A stretch of DNA of 64,000 nucleotides from an uncultured Gemmatimonadaceae bacterium (GCA_963716745.1 OY970320.1:1888001-1952000); one strand, 5' to 3'. Positions 21,535 through 32,430 are shown, numbered from the stretch's first letter. Made by a program: numbers and translations. Notes: a model not told the origin generated them from the sequence alone.

Positions 21535-22628
21535 GCGGCGGCGCGCTGCGAACGATCGCGCAGCGAGCGATAGCTGTTGCTCTGTCCGCGGCGTTGGCGG
21601 TGGTCGTCACCGCGATCGTCCTCGCGCTCGTGGTGGCAGCCGGTGGACATGCCGTCGCGCCGGCACTCGCCGCGCTCTGGACGGGATCTTTCGGCAGCGC
21701 CTATGCGCTCACATCGGCGACGCTAGTCCGCGCCACGCCGCTCTTGCTCGCCGGACTGGGCGTGACGCTTGCGTTCCGGGCCGGCGTCTGGAACATCGGC
21801 GCCGAAGGGCAACTGCTCGTCGGTGCGACGGCGGCGGCGATCGTCGCGCTCCAGGGAACGCACGTCTTGGGTGTTGCGGCGTTGCCCGTCGCCCTTCTTG
21901 CCGGCGCCGCGGCCGGTGCGCTGTGGGCAGGCGCCGCCGCGTTCTTGCGCCAACGGTACGGCGTGCTCGAGGTCATCAGCACCATCATGCTGAATTTCAT
22001 CGCGATCTACCTCGTCGGATATCTCGTGCGCGGACCGTTGCAGGAGCCGACAGGCATCTATCCGCAATCGGCGAATATCGATGCGATCGCGCGGATCCCG
22101 CGACTCGTCGCTGGATCGCGACTGCATTGGGGCCTCGCCATCGCGTTGCTGGCCGCGCCGGCGCTCTGGTGGGCGCTCGATCGATCGGCCGCCGGTTTCC
22201 GTGTACGCGCGGTCGGTCAGAATCCCGACGCCGCCGCGAGCGCGGGCGGCATCGATGTCGCGAACACACGGGCACGCGCATTCCTCGCGAGCGGAGCGCT
22301 CGCCGGTCTCGCCGGCGCGGTAGAACTCACGGGGGTCACGTTCGCGCTGTACGAGAATCTCTCGCCAGGCTATGGATTCACCGCCATCGCCGTCGCGCTT
22401 CTCGCACGATTGAATCCGATCGCCGTCGTGTTCACGGCCGTGCTCTTCGGCGCGCTCGAGTCGGGCGCGCTCGCCATGCAACGCGAGGCCGGGATCCCGG
22501 CGGTGACCGTCTCGATCGTGGAGGGCGCGTTGATCCTTCTCGCGCTGGCCGGTTCCTCCGGCCGATTCGGCTCACCGGCCGCGTTCTTCGCGCGTCGCCC
22601 GCGGGCCGACGTCACCTCATCGGCATGA
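21531..22628 (+). CDS. ABC permease (nucleoside type)
   Basis: FRAGVWNIGAEGQ, EVISTIMLN, GFTAIAVALL. Confidence 0.9.
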   Translation: MSGGALRTIAQRAIAVALSAALAVVVTAIVLALVVAAGGHAVAPALAALWTGSFGSAYALTSATLVRATPLLLAGLGVTLAFRAGVWNIGAEGQLLVGATAAAIVALQGTHVLGVAALPVALLAGAAAGALWAGAAAFLRQRYGVLEVISTIMLNFIAIYLVGYLVRGPLQEPTGIYPQSANIDAIARIPRLVAGSRLHWGLAIALLAAPALWWALDRSAAGFRVRAVGQNPDAAASAGGIDVANTRARAFLASGALAGLAGAVELTGVTFALYENLSPGYGFTAIAVALLARLNPIAVVFTAVLFGALESGALAMQREAGIPAVTVSIVEGALILLALAGSSGRFGSPAAFFARRPRADVTSSA

Positions 22629-23542
22629 TGGCCATGCTCGCCGCCTTCCTCCAAGCATTCCTTCCGGCGACGATCCGCATGGCCACGCCACTCGCGCTCG
22701 CGGCGGTAGGCGAGTGCGTGGTCGAGCGCAGCGGTCTCATCAACATCGGTCTCGAGGGCGTGATCCTGGGCGGCGCATTCGGCGCGCTCGTCGGCGCGAC
22801 CGCCGGCGGCGTGACCACCGGATTCGTCGCGGGTAGCGCGAGCGGCGCGTGCATCGCGCTCATCTTCGGCATCTTCGCCATCGAACTCCGTTGCGATCAG
22901 ATCATTACCGGCACTGCGGTGAACCTTCTCGCGCTCGGGCTCACCGGCGCGCTGTACCGTGATCTATACGGCACGTCGGGCGCCGCGCTCTCGATCCCGA
23001 CGAGCTCCGCGCTCGCCGTTCCGCTGCTGTCGCGCATTCCGCTTGTCGGTCCGGCGCTCTTCGACCAGCCCTGGATCACCTACGCGCTCTATGCGCTCGT
23101 ACCCGCGGTCACGTGGTGGATGTTCCGCACGCATCACGGATTGGCGCTCCGCGCCGTAGGCGAGCGCCCGGCAAGCGCCGTCGTCGCGGGCATCTCTCAA
23201 CGAAAGGTGAAGTGGCAGGCGCTCATGTTCGGCGGCGTCCTCGGCGGGGCGAGCGGCGCCACGCTGGTGCTGGCGCAGGCCGGCACCTTCGCGGAGGGAA
23301 TGTCGGCAGGGCGCGGTTTCATCGCCATCGCGATCGTCGTGCTCGGGCGATGGCATCCTGCGGGCGTCGCGATCGCGTCGATCTTCTTCGGCGCGGCGAG
23401 TGCGCTGCAGTTCGCGTTGCAGGCAATGGGCCTGGCGCTCCCGTATCAGCTCTTTCTCGCGCTCCCATATCTGGTGACGCTCATCGCGCTGGCCGGCATG
23501 GGCGGCCGTCTCGCGGCACCGCAGGCGCTCGGTGAGCGCTGA
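22625..23542 (+). CDS. ABC permease (nucleoside type)
   Basis: ERSGLINIGLEG, AGRGFIAIA, LPYLVT. Confidence 0.9.
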   Translation: MMAMLAAFLQAFLPATIRMATPLALAAVGECVVERSGLINIGLEGVILGGAFGALVGATAGGVTTGFVAGSASGACIALIFGIFAIELRCDQIITGTAVNLLALGLTGALYRDLYGTSGAALSIPTSSALAVPLLSRIPLVGPALFDQPWITYALYALVPAVTWWMFRTHHGLALRAVGERPASAVVAGISQRKVKWQALMFGGVLGGASGATLVLAQAGTFAEGMSAGRGFIAIAIVVLGRWHPAGVAIASIFFGAASALQFALQAMGLALPYQLFLALPYLVTLIALAGMGGRLAAPQALGER

Positions 23543-23546
23543 CCTT

Positions 23547-23819
23547 TCAGCTCGGCGGAAGGAACGCGCCGACCAGATCCCAGTGCCATGCGTCGCGCCG
23601 CTCGCCTGTGCGCGGGTCGCGAAGTGGTTTGTACTGAAGTCGCTCGACCGGCAGTCCCACCGAGCGGCCGTAAGCGATCAATCGTTCGCGATCGGTCGAG
23701 ACGAGATGGGCCATCGCGTGTTCGCGATACACATGGCGATGCAACCAGAGTCCGCCTTCCATCGCGAAGATCATCCCATTGCGCCGCCGGTCGAACTCAC
23801 GGTAGGGCCGGTCGCTCAA
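23547..23819 (-). CDS. DUF4031-like small protein
   Basis: HLVS...L..GL...WHWDL pattern resembling DUF4031. Confidence 0.6.
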   Translation of the reverse strand: MSDRPYREFDRRRNGMIFAMEGGLWLHRHVYREHAMAHLVSTDRERLIAYGRSVGLPVERLQYKPLRDPRTGERRDAWHWDLVGAFLPPS

Positions 23820-23832
23820 AGCGAGCGTTGAA

Positions 23833-24219
23833 TCAGCCGCAGGCGATCTGTCCCTCGACCGTCGCGGGTGCGACCGGAGCCGCCGTGCCGAAGAAGACGG
23901 CGCAAGTGATCGCGCCCGCCGCTGGGCTGGAGGCGACCGCCGACCATCCGCCGGCAGTCGCTTCGGGGATCGCGATCGAAATGCCAGGCGAAGAGAGATA
24001 GTTCAGGCTCGGCACGCTCGTCGTGTACGCCGAGTTCGAGTAGTAGAACCCTTCCTCCGCTGATGCGAGGTTCCGCAAGTCGGAGATCATGGACGCATCG
24101 ATCGCTTTCCCTTTCGTGTTCGAAAATTTCGGGATCGCGATCGCCACCAGAACGCCCAGGACGACGACCACTACCATCAATTCCACGAGAGTGAAGCCGA
24201 TCCGGGGGGAGCGATTCAT
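23833..24219 (-). CDS. Type IVa pilin (major pilin-like)
   Basis: G|FTLVELMVVVVVLGVLVAIAIPKF, SDLRNL, C-terminal Cys pair. Confidence 0.9.
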   Translation of the reverse strand: MNRSPRIGFTLVELMVVVVVLGVLVAIAIPKFSNTKGKAIDASMISDLRNLASAEEGFYYSNSAYTTSVPSLNYLSSPGISIAIPEATAGGWSAVASSPAAGAITCAVFFGTAAPVAPATVEGQIACG

Positions 24220-24262
24220 TGGTGGTTACTTTTGGTCTGGGTTCACTGCTACTGTGCATAAG

Positions 24263-24280
24263 TGCAATAGCGAGTCCCCA
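24263..24280 (-). promoter_or_regulatory. Putative sigma54 (-24/-12) promoter of the pilin
   Basis: Minus strand GGGACTCGCTATTGCA has GG-N10-GC spacing with TTGCA. Confidence 0.5.
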
Positions 24281-24411
24281 CCAAAAAGAACAGCCAATGT
24301 ATTGTGGTATAAGGAATTACGGACTTTATGGGCGGTCGCTCGGTAATTCTGACCGCTTGAAATGCCACAGTCGCCGCAGAGTGCAATCCGCTGGCGAGGC
24401 CGTCCAGGCTG

Positions 24412-24795
24412 CTACTGGCAGCCGATGATGGATTTCGCCGTGGCTGGCGGAAGGATCGCTGCACTGCCGTAGTACACCGCGCAAACAGTCGTGTCATTCA
24501 CGTAATTTGCCTTCGCCGACCACCCGGTGCTGTCGGCCTCCACGAACGTGATCGAGACGGCGGCGGTGGGCACGAACTTCAACGCAGTGATGTCGTTCGT
24601 ATAGAAATCGGAGGCTCCGAAGTACGACTCCTCGGTCACGGCGAGATTATGCAGGTCCGAGACCATGGTCGCTACATAGAAGCGGTGCTTATACATATGA
24701 ATGCGCGGCACGGCGAGCGCGGTCAGGATGCCCACGATCACGAGCACGGTGAAGAGCTCGAACAGGGAGAATCCGGGCCGAGCGCGAAGTGGCAT
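24412..24795 (-). CDS. Type IVa pilin paralog, aromatic-rich
   Basis: G|FSLFELFTVLVIVGILTALAVP, SDLHNL, C-terminal Cys pair. Confidence 0.88.
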   Translation of the reverse strand: MPLRARPGFSLFELFTVLVIVGILTALAVPRIHMYKHRFYVATMVSDLHNLAVTEESYFGASDFYTNDITALKFVPTAAVSITFVEADSTGWSAKANYVNDTTVCAVYYGSAAILPPATAKSIIGCQ

Positions 24796-24877
24796 CGAAT
24801 GGCGAGAATTAGAGATGGTCAGGCGGACAATTCCGACTGACCCATGGTAAAGATGCTAACGCCGCAGAGTGATGAGA

Positions 24878-24893
24878 AGCAACATCCAGGCCG
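24878..24893 (-). promoter_or_regulatory. Putative sigma54 promoter of the second pilin
   Basis: Minus strand CGGCCTGGATGTTGCT has GG-N10-GC spacing with TTGCT. Confidence 0.55.
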
Positions 24894-24954
24894 TTCCACC
24901 GTGGCCAAGCCGAACGAAGACTGAAGCGTTGCTCGATGGCGATGTTCGCGCACC

Positions 24955-27783
24955 TCAGCTCTTCGCGTCCATCCAGTTGACGCCTTCGCCCAGGTCCACC
25001 ACCAATGGGACCGACAGCGCCGCCGCGTTCTCCATCTCGTGTTTCACGAGCGATCCGGCCGCTGCCAATTCTTCAGGCGGTGCCTCCAACACCAACTCGT
25101 CGTGCACTTGGAGCAGGAGTCGCGCGCGCAGTTTCTCTTCGCGCAACCGCCGGTGCACGCGGATCATCGCGATCTTGATCAGGTCCGCCGCCGATCCCTG
25201 GATCACGGAATTCGCCGCCGTGCGTTCGCCGAATGCGCGCGTGTTGAAGTTGGAATCCTTCAATTCCGGGATGTAGCGGCGGCGTCCGAACAGCGTTTCG
25301 ACGTACCCTTTGTCGCGCGCCGATTCGACGATCGCCGTCAGGAACGCGCGGACGCCAGAGAATCGCGTGAAATACTCATCGATGAACCGCTTCGCCTCGG
25401 CGTGCTCCACTTTGAGCTGGCGCGACAGTGCGTGGGCTCCCTGCCCATAGATGGTCGCGAAGTTGATGGTCTTCGCGCGGGCTCGCATCTCGGAGGTCAC
25501 ATCGGCGAGCGGCACCGCGAAGATCAGCGCGGCGGTCTGCCGGTGGATGTCGCCGCCGGCGAGGAACGCCTGCACGAACGCTTCGTCGCGGGAGATATGG
25601 GCCAGCAGTCGCAATTCGATCTGCGAATAGTCCGCCGCGATGAATCGCCACCCCTCTTCCGGCACGAAGCCGCGGCGGATATCGCGGCCGAGCTCTCGCG
25701 AATCGGAATGTTCTGGAGATTGGGATCCGTGGATGACAGGCGGCCGGTGCTCGCGACGGTCTGATTGAAGTTCGTGTGCAGCCGGCCCGTTTCCGGATTC
25801 ACCAACGCGGGCAGCGAATCGAGGTATGTGCTCTCGAGCTTCGCGAGCTCACGATACTCCATGAGCAACTGCGGGAACGCGTGGCCCTGATCGGCCAATT
25901 CCTGCAGTACGGACGCGTCGGTCGACGGGCCGGTGGGCGTCTTCTTGAGAATGGGGAGCTGGAGCGTTTCGAACAGCACGGTCCGCAGCTGCGCGTTCGA
26001 GTTGATGTTGAACTCGCTGCCCGCGGCCGCGTAGATCTGCTGCTCGACCTTCTGCCGGTCTGCCTGGAATCGCTCCTTGAGTTTCGCGAACCAGGCGCGA
26101 TCGATGCGGATCCCGGTCCACTCCATGTCGGCCAGCACGTCGATCAAGCGGGACCTCGATCTCGCGCAGCAGTTTCCCGACGCCCAGCGACTCGACGAGC
26201 GGCTCGAATTTCTGACGGAGCTGGAGCGTGACGTCGGCATCCTCGCCGGAGTATTCCCGCGCGGCCTCGATCGGCACCAGATCGAAGGTGATCGCGTCCC
26301 GCCCCTTGCCGGTGAGTTCCTGGTACGACGTGGTGCGCCGCTCGAGGAATTCGAGTGCGAGCATGTCGAGCCCGTGCGAGCGACGGCCGGGATCGAGCAC
26401 GTAACTCGCGAGCATCGTATCGAAGTCGAGGCCGCGCAGCGGCACCCCCGCGCGCCGCAGAACGAGCAGATCGTATTTCCCGTTCTGCGCCGTTTTCCGG
26501 ACGGCGGGATCCTCGAGCAGTTCACGCAGCGGGGCGAGCGCTGGTGAGGCGAGCGGCGGCAGGTTCGCCTTATCGATGGCCGGCGCCGTCTCCACCGGCA
26601 TGAGCTCCCCCTGGGCCGCGATGGTGCGAGTGCGGTGACCGAACGGGAAGTAGTACGCCTCTCCCGGAGCGACGGCCATCGAGATGCCGATGAGCGATGA
26701 GCGCATCGGGTCGACATCGATCGGGCTATCGGCTGCGACGATGGTCTCGGTGTCGATCGAGATGAACGGCGCAGCACGTGCGCGTGCGACCACTTCGCGA
26801 ACGGCGGCCGGCGAATCGACGGTCTTGAATGTCGACACCTTCGCCGCCGGCTCCGGGAGCGCTTCCTCCTTCGCGGCCTGCCCTTTCGCCGCATGCTCCT
26901 TCGCGAGCGAATGGAATTCGAGCTCGACGAACATCGCGCGCAGCCGTTCATGATCGGCATCCCGCGCCTTGAACTTGTCGAGCGTGAGCGACACCGGCAC
27001 GTCGCGCCGGATGGTCACGAGTTCCTTCGAGAGCCGCGCCTCGGCTTCGCGCGCGAGCAATGCTTCGCGCGGCCGCTTGTTGGTGATGCTCGCGGCGTTC
27101 GCGAGGATCTCGTCGAGGCCGCCGTACTTCGTGATCAGTTCCACCGCGGTCTTCTCGCCGATCCCCTTCACGCCCGGCACGTTGTCCGACGTGTCGCCCA
27201 CCAGCGCGAGATAATCGATGACGCGCTCGGGCGGCACGCCGAGGCGTTCGCTCGCGTTCTCCATGCCGACCCAATGCTCGTCCACCGCCGCGGGTCCGCC
27301 GCGTCCGGGGTTCAGCAGCCAGACATCGGGCGCGACGAGCTGCTGGAAATCCTTGTCGCCCGAGACGATCACCGAGTTGAGCGACGACGCCTGGGCGAGC
27401 GATGCGAGCGTGCCGATCACGTCGTCGGCCTCGTAGCCCTCGACCGTCACGACCTGGATATTGAACGCATCGAGCAGCGCGACGATCCGCTTGAGGCTGG
27501 TATCGAAATCCGCTTGCAGCTCATCGGTCAGTTTCTCGCGCGTGGCCTTGTACGCTGGGTACCGCTCGTGACGGAACGAGAGGCCGGCGTCGTGCACCCA
27601 CGCGATGTATTCCGGCCGGTGCGTCGTTTGGAGCCGGCGAAGGAAATTGACGATCCCCCAGCTCGCGGAGGTGTTCTCGCCGCGGCTCGTCTTGAGCGGC
27701 CGGGCGATGAGCGCGAAGAACGCGCGATAGATCAGCGCGTACCCGTCGATGAGGAAGAGCCGGGGCGAGGAAGGTAGCTGCAT
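24955..27783 (-). CDS. polA: DNA polymerase I (frameshifts near 26150 and 25690)
   Basis: 5'-3' exo LIDGYALIYRAF, 3'-5' exo DTET/YD/D, TGRLSSTDPNLQNIP, DYSQIELR, QVHDE. Confidence 0.95.
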
Positions 27784-27899
27784 CACAGAGGCTCAGCGTC
27801 GAGATGGGCCGCGATTCGATGCCCGGGGAACGGAAACGCGCTCCCACAAGATAATGGGAGCGCGCCCAGGACCGCTCACTGCCGGTGCTGCGCGGACGA

Positions 27900-29345
27900 T
27901 CAGTGCACCATCTCCTGTCCCGCCACCTGCTCGAACTCGGCTTCACTGCGCTGCGTGAGCCGCCACCGGCCGTATCCCGTCTGATCGACGAACTCGAGTC
28001 GAATGCCGTGGCGCGAATATGCCCAATACTGGCTCCGCCCAGTCGGCGTCAGCCCCTTTCCGTTCGAACCCATCACCTGATCCGGTTCGCCGAGCGTGAT
28101 ATAGACCTTGCCGCGGTCCGTGAGCCAGCCGGGCTCGCCGGGCTCCTTGAACTGGCGATTCGCGGATTGAATGCGATCGAAATAATCGAGCAGCGCCTCA
28201 TTGTCCGCGGTGGCCGGATTCGGGTCCGTCTCCTTCCAGAAGGCGTACCATGCCGCACCGCGCTGTGCCGGCGGCGTCGCGCGGAGCGTCTGCAGCCGTT
28301 CCGGGGTCGCGAAGTAGCGGAGGTAGCTGAGCAGTTCGTCGAAGCTTACGATGCCGATGCCGTCGCCGACCGTGATGAAAAGCGGCGAGCGCAGCGTGTC
28401 GCGCGCACCGACCACCATGGCCACTAGCGTACGCCGGCCGAGTCCGAGGCGAGGCATCGGCAGGTCGAACTCCGCGGCGGCTACCGGCTGGTGACGCGTG
28501 AGCGTGACCGTATCCGTGAGCAGCACGCTGTGGTCCTGGTTCTCGACACTAATCGCCAGACGCGAGCCCGGGGCGAGATCATACGCTTCGAGGTAGATGG
28601 GGGCAACCGAATCGCGCCCAAAAACGAGCGTCGAACGCGGGTTGGCGATCACATCCGGGAGCGTATCGCGCCGTGCGCGCGCGGTCGCGCTGAACACCGT
28701 GGTGGGCGACGAGAGTGCGCCTGCCCCGAGCGTGGGCACGCTGATGCTCGCCTGCACGGCCGAGGCGTTGTTAGTGGCGCGGTCCGTGATCGTGAGCGCG
28801 AGCTGATACGCGCCCGGAGGGATCACGATGTAGCGCTGGAACACGATCGTTTCGTCACCCCGCATCGTCTCTTTGAACGTCTGCACGGCGATCGTCTGCT
28901 GGTCCTCCGTGTGCGACACGACGTGCGTGCTGTCGCGCACCACGATCCCGACGCTGAATGCCGCATGATCGCCCTTGGTCCCTTCCGCCGTGAACATGAG
29001 GGACCGATTCGCCATGGAGACCGCGACGAGCGCGAGCGTGCTGTCGGCGGTGGCACCTGCGAAATAGTGCACCGAGCCCACGAAGGGGATCGGCTGCGCT
29101 TGCACCAGCATCCCGGCGGTGCGGTAGGGGCCGAAGCCATCGCCGGTGACGGGTGCGCCGGGCGGCGTCGCCTTCGCCGCCGGCGCGCTCGCCGGCGCAC
29201 TCGTGGGCGTGCCGGGCGCAGGGGCCGGCGCCGCGGGTTCGGAGAATGGCGGCGCGCCCGCGCATGCCGCGGCGAGTGCGATCGCGACCGCGCATGGAAA
29301 GAGCATGCTGAGCGTCTGTCGCGAGATGACCGACCGTTTCGCCAT
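27900..29345 (-). CDS. GWxTD-domain lipoprotein
   Basis: Lipobox LAAAC. C-terminus FW...DP...GWLTDRGKVYITLGEPD. Confidence 0.88.
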   Translation of the reverse strand: MAKRSVISRQTLSMLFPCAVAIALAAACAGAPPFSEPAAPAPAPGTPTSAPASAPAAKATPPGAPVTGDGFGPYRTAGMLVQAQPIPFVGSVHYFAGATADSTLALVAVSMANRSLMFTAEGTKGDHAAFSVGIVVRDSTHVVSHTEDQQTIAVQTFKETMRGDETIVFQRYIVIPPGAYQLALTITDRATNNASAVQASISVPTLGAGALSSPTTVFSATARARRDTLPDVIANPRSTLVFGRDSVAPIYLEAYDLAPGSRLAISVENQDHSVLLTDTVTLTRHQPVAAAEFDLPMPRLGLGRRTLVAMVVGARDTLRSPLFITVGDGIGIVSFDELLSYLRYFATPERLQTLRATPPAQRGAAWYAFWKETDPNPATADNEALLDYFDRIQSANRQFKEPGEPGWLTDRGKVYITLGEPDQVMGSNGKGLTPTGRSQYWAYSRHGIRLEFVDQTGYGRWRLTQRSEAEFEQVAGQEMVH

Positions 29346-29459
29346 GGTTCTATTCGCTCCCGAGAACATGATGATCCACTGCTCGAGACTCTACCCGTTC
29401 CGCGCGCGAAGGTTGCACTGCGCTTGCTCCGCCCCGCCGTGACCACTAACTTCGCCCGT

Positions 29460-30377
29460 GTGACTCCCGAGAATCTTTCCGGCTCATCGCTCGCCGGTTA
29501 CACGTTGCAGGAAATGGTCGGTGAAGGCGGCACCGCAGTCGTCTATCGCTCCGAGCATCCGCAGCACGGCACCGTCGCGGTGAAGGTCCTCCGAGAGAAA
29601 CTGCGCAACGACAAGACTGCGGTCGCGCGGTTCCTCCGCGAAGCGACCTACGGGACGCGCGTGACGCACCCGAATGTCGTACGCACGATCGATATCGGCG
29701 AAGCGCGTCCCGGTGTGCACTTCATCGCGATCGAATGGGCGCCCGGAGAACTCCTCGAAAAGTACGCGAAACGCAAGGTTCCGCTGAGTCCCGAAGAGAC
29801 GGCACTCATCATCGGGCAGATCGCGGATGCGGTGCACGCCGCGCATCTCACCGGCATCATCCATCGCGACCTGAAACCCGAGAACGTGATGTACGATCCG
29901 GAAGCGAAGCTGGTCAAGCTGCTGGATTTCGGGATCGCCGCCCAAGCCGACACCGCGCCCGAGGAGCGGCTCACACGCGCCGGATTCTTCGTCGGCACGC
30001 TCATGTACGTGGCGCCGGAAGCACTTTCCGGCCAGTTGGTGACGGCATCCGCCGATCAGTATAGCCTCGCGACGATCGCGTACTATCTGCTGTCCGGCTG
30101 CCTCCCCTACTCGGGTCGCTCCCAGCGCGAGCTCTTCACACAGTTGCTCTCTCAGCCGCCCATCGCGCTCGGCGCGGCGAAGAAGGGACTTTCGATCGAC
30201 CCGGGCGTGGAAGCGGTGATCATGAAAGGGCTGTCTCGCAATCCGGCGGACCGGTACGCGGACGCATTGGCGTTCGCCGCGGCGCTCAAGACCGCGGTCG
30301 AGACGCCTGCGGCGCCGCAAGCCGGCGGATTGCTCGCGCGCATGAAGTCGATGATGCGCCGCGGAGAGCAGCCCTGA
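29460..30377 (+). CDS. Hanks-type Ser/Thr protein kinase (cytoplasmic, kinase domain only)
   Basis: GEGG, VAVK, HRDLKPEN, DFG, YVAPE, DQYS. Confidence 0.92.
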   Translation: MTPENLSGSSLAGYTLQEMVGEGGTAVVYRSEHPQHGTVAVKVLREKLRNDKTAVARFLREATYGTRVTHPNVVRTIDIGEARPGVHFIAIEWAPGELLEKYAKRKVPLSPEETALIIGQIADAVHAAHLTGIIHRDLKPENVMYDPEAKLVKLLDFGIAAQADTAPEERLTRAGFFVGTLMYVAPEALSGQLVTASADQYSLATIAYYLLSGCLPYSGRSQRELFTQLLSQPPIALGAAKKGLSIDPGVEAVIMKGLSRNPADRYADALAFAAALKTAVETPAAPQAGGLLARMKSMMRRGEQP

Positions 30378-30943
30378 CCACCGAGACGGAGCGGCTCGTT
30401 CGGCTGCTCGCCGAACGCTCGACGCGCCGCGGTCGCTTCACACTGGCATCAGGGCGCGAATCCACCCTGTACGTGGACTGCCGGCTGACGACCATGAGCC
30501 CCGAAGGCCTCTCGCTCATCGGGCCGCTCGCACTGCGCACCATTCGGGACGCTGGATGGGATGCGCAGTCGGTGGGCGGCCTGACGCTCGGCGCGGATCC
30601 GGTCGCCTACGCGATCAGCTACGCGAGCGCACTCGATGGGCCGCCGCTGCGCGCGTTCACGGTGCGAAAGGAAGCGAAGCAACACGGCACCGGGAAGCTC
30701 ATCGAAGGTCCGTTCTTGGCGGGTGACCGCGTGGTCGTCGTCGAGGACGTGATCACGACGGGCGGATCGGCGCAACGCGCCGCGGAGGCGGTGCGCGCCG
30801 CGGGCGGCATCGTGTTGGGTGTGCTCGCCGTATGCGACCGCGAGGAAGGCGGCCGCGAGACGCTCGAGCGTGACGGCATGGCCGTGCGCGCGCTGGCGCG
30901 GTTGAGTGACATCGTCGGAATGCTGCCGCCTCTCGAGCAATAA
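30374..30943 (+). CDS. pyrE: Orotate phosphoribosyltransferase
   Basis: FTLASG, RKEAKQHG, VVEDVITTGGS. The apparent start codon is CTG. Confidence 0.92.
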   Translation: MTTETERLVRLLAERSTRRGRFTLASGRESTLYVDCRLTTMSPEGLSLIGPLALRTIRDAGWDAQSVGGLTLGADPVAYAISYASALDGPPLRAFTVRKEAKQHGTGKLIEGPFLAGDRVVVVEDVITTGGSAQRAAEAVRAAGGIVLGVLAVCDREEGGRETLERDGMAVRALARLSDIVGMLPPLEQ

Positions 30944-30956
30944 CGCGCGCCCAGGA

Positions 30957-31840
30957 TCACTCCAGACCGCGCAGCACGCCCGACCAACGCGAGCCCTTGG
31001 ACAGCGGATAGAAACGCCGCAGGATGCCAAGGTAGGGCAGCACGAGCTCCTCACGAAACCGTTGCAGCATGCCCTCGCCATCATACCGCGAGCGGAAGTC
31101 GAGCGCGGTCATGCCGAGCAGGGTGCGCACGTGGCGACCGAAGCTCTGCGGCGACGAATATTCGAGATGATTGGCGACGTTCGCGATCGATAGTCCGGGG
31201 TTCTCGAAGGCGCGCGCAGCATGCGTGAGGCGCGAATAGGCCAGGTATCGTTTCGGCGGCGGCAACTGTACGCGAAAGAAGCGGCTCATCAACGTGCTGG
31301 GCAGCACGTCCAGTTGCCGTGAGAGCCCGCGCACGGTGGAGCACGTGGCCGCCGGCCGGAACAATGCCTCGAAGAACCGCCAACAATCATCGGGCACGCC
31401 GAGCAGGTCGAGGGAGAGCAGGCCGAGCGCGAGCCGTTTAATGTCATCGCCTTGGCCGTTCGCCAGGACCTTTCGCAGATCGTGCCACCCGAGTCCTTCA
31501 CGTACATCCACGAGATCGCGCACCCCGCACTGGCCGAGCGTGAGGACTGCCTGCGCGGTCGCCGGTTCGATGCGCGAGAGCAGCGCGATGGCGGGCACGC
31601 GCGGGAATTCGCGCACGAGCTGTGCGATATGCGTGCAGGCGGCGGGATCACAGCGCGCGACCGAGACGAGGACGGCGCCGACATCCTGGGTGCGGAGGTC
31701 GTGGAGCACCTCATCGACGCTTTGGCGGTGGACGGCGTGGTAAAGACCATCGCCCGCGGCATCCACGCGTGCGCGTTCGGAGGGGATGGAGCACCGGTGG
31801 CGACGGTGCCGACGGGCCGGCGCACGTTCGGAAGCGGCAT
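30957..31840 (-). CDS. AraC-family HTH protein with a receiver-like N-terminal domain (5' frameshifts near 31780-31795)
   Basis: SIANVANHLEYSSPQSFGRHVR AraC helix pair; alpha/beta N-terminal domain. Confidence 0.8.
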
Positions 31841-32050
31841 GGGGACGTCCTGAGAGGGTGAGCGATGCGGATCGACGCTATGCGGCGCCGTCACCGTGGC
31901 GTCACGGCCGCGCAATGCAATGCGTGGTATCGCGCGGAAGTGATCTCGTTCTTCGTGCGGAGTTTGATTTCGTATAATAGTGACCACTAATTACTAAATA
32001 ATGATACGATGCTTGCGCGGCGCGTAGGGCCGCCGCATCTGTTCCCTCAG

Positions 32051-32427
32051 CGCATGGGCGCCGGACGGTCGCGGTGGGCTCGTCCCACCGAGGAAAGTCC
32101 GGGCACCACAGGGCAGATCGCCAGGTAACGCCTGGGCGCGCGCCGTCTCCGGATGTCGCGCGACGGACAGTGCCACAGAGAACAGACCGCCGGCGAGAGA
32201 TCGCCGGTAAGGGTGAAACGGCGGGGTAAGAGCCCACCGCGCATCTGGCAACAGGTGCGGCACGGCAAACCCCGGTCGGTGCAAGGCCAAATAGGTGGCG
32301 AGAGACGGCCCGTCTCGATCAAGACGCCACGGGTAGGCTGCTGGAGCACGCGAGCGATCGCGTGCCAAGAGAAATGATCGTCCCGGCCTCACGGCCGGAC
32401 AGAACCCGGCTTACAGGCGCCCATGTG
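32051..32427 (+). ncRNA. rnpB: RNase P RNA, bacterial type A
   Basis: GAGGAAAGTCCGGGC, AGTGCCACAGA, GGGTGAAACGG.GGTAAGAGCCCACC and ACAGAACCCGGCTTA motifs. P1 helix gcatgggcgcc/ggcgcccatgt. Confidence 0.97.
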
Positions 32428-32430
32428 ATC

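Noticed and set aside
31994..32392. ORFs overlapping rnpB
   Set aside because: These are shadow ORFs of the RNA gene.
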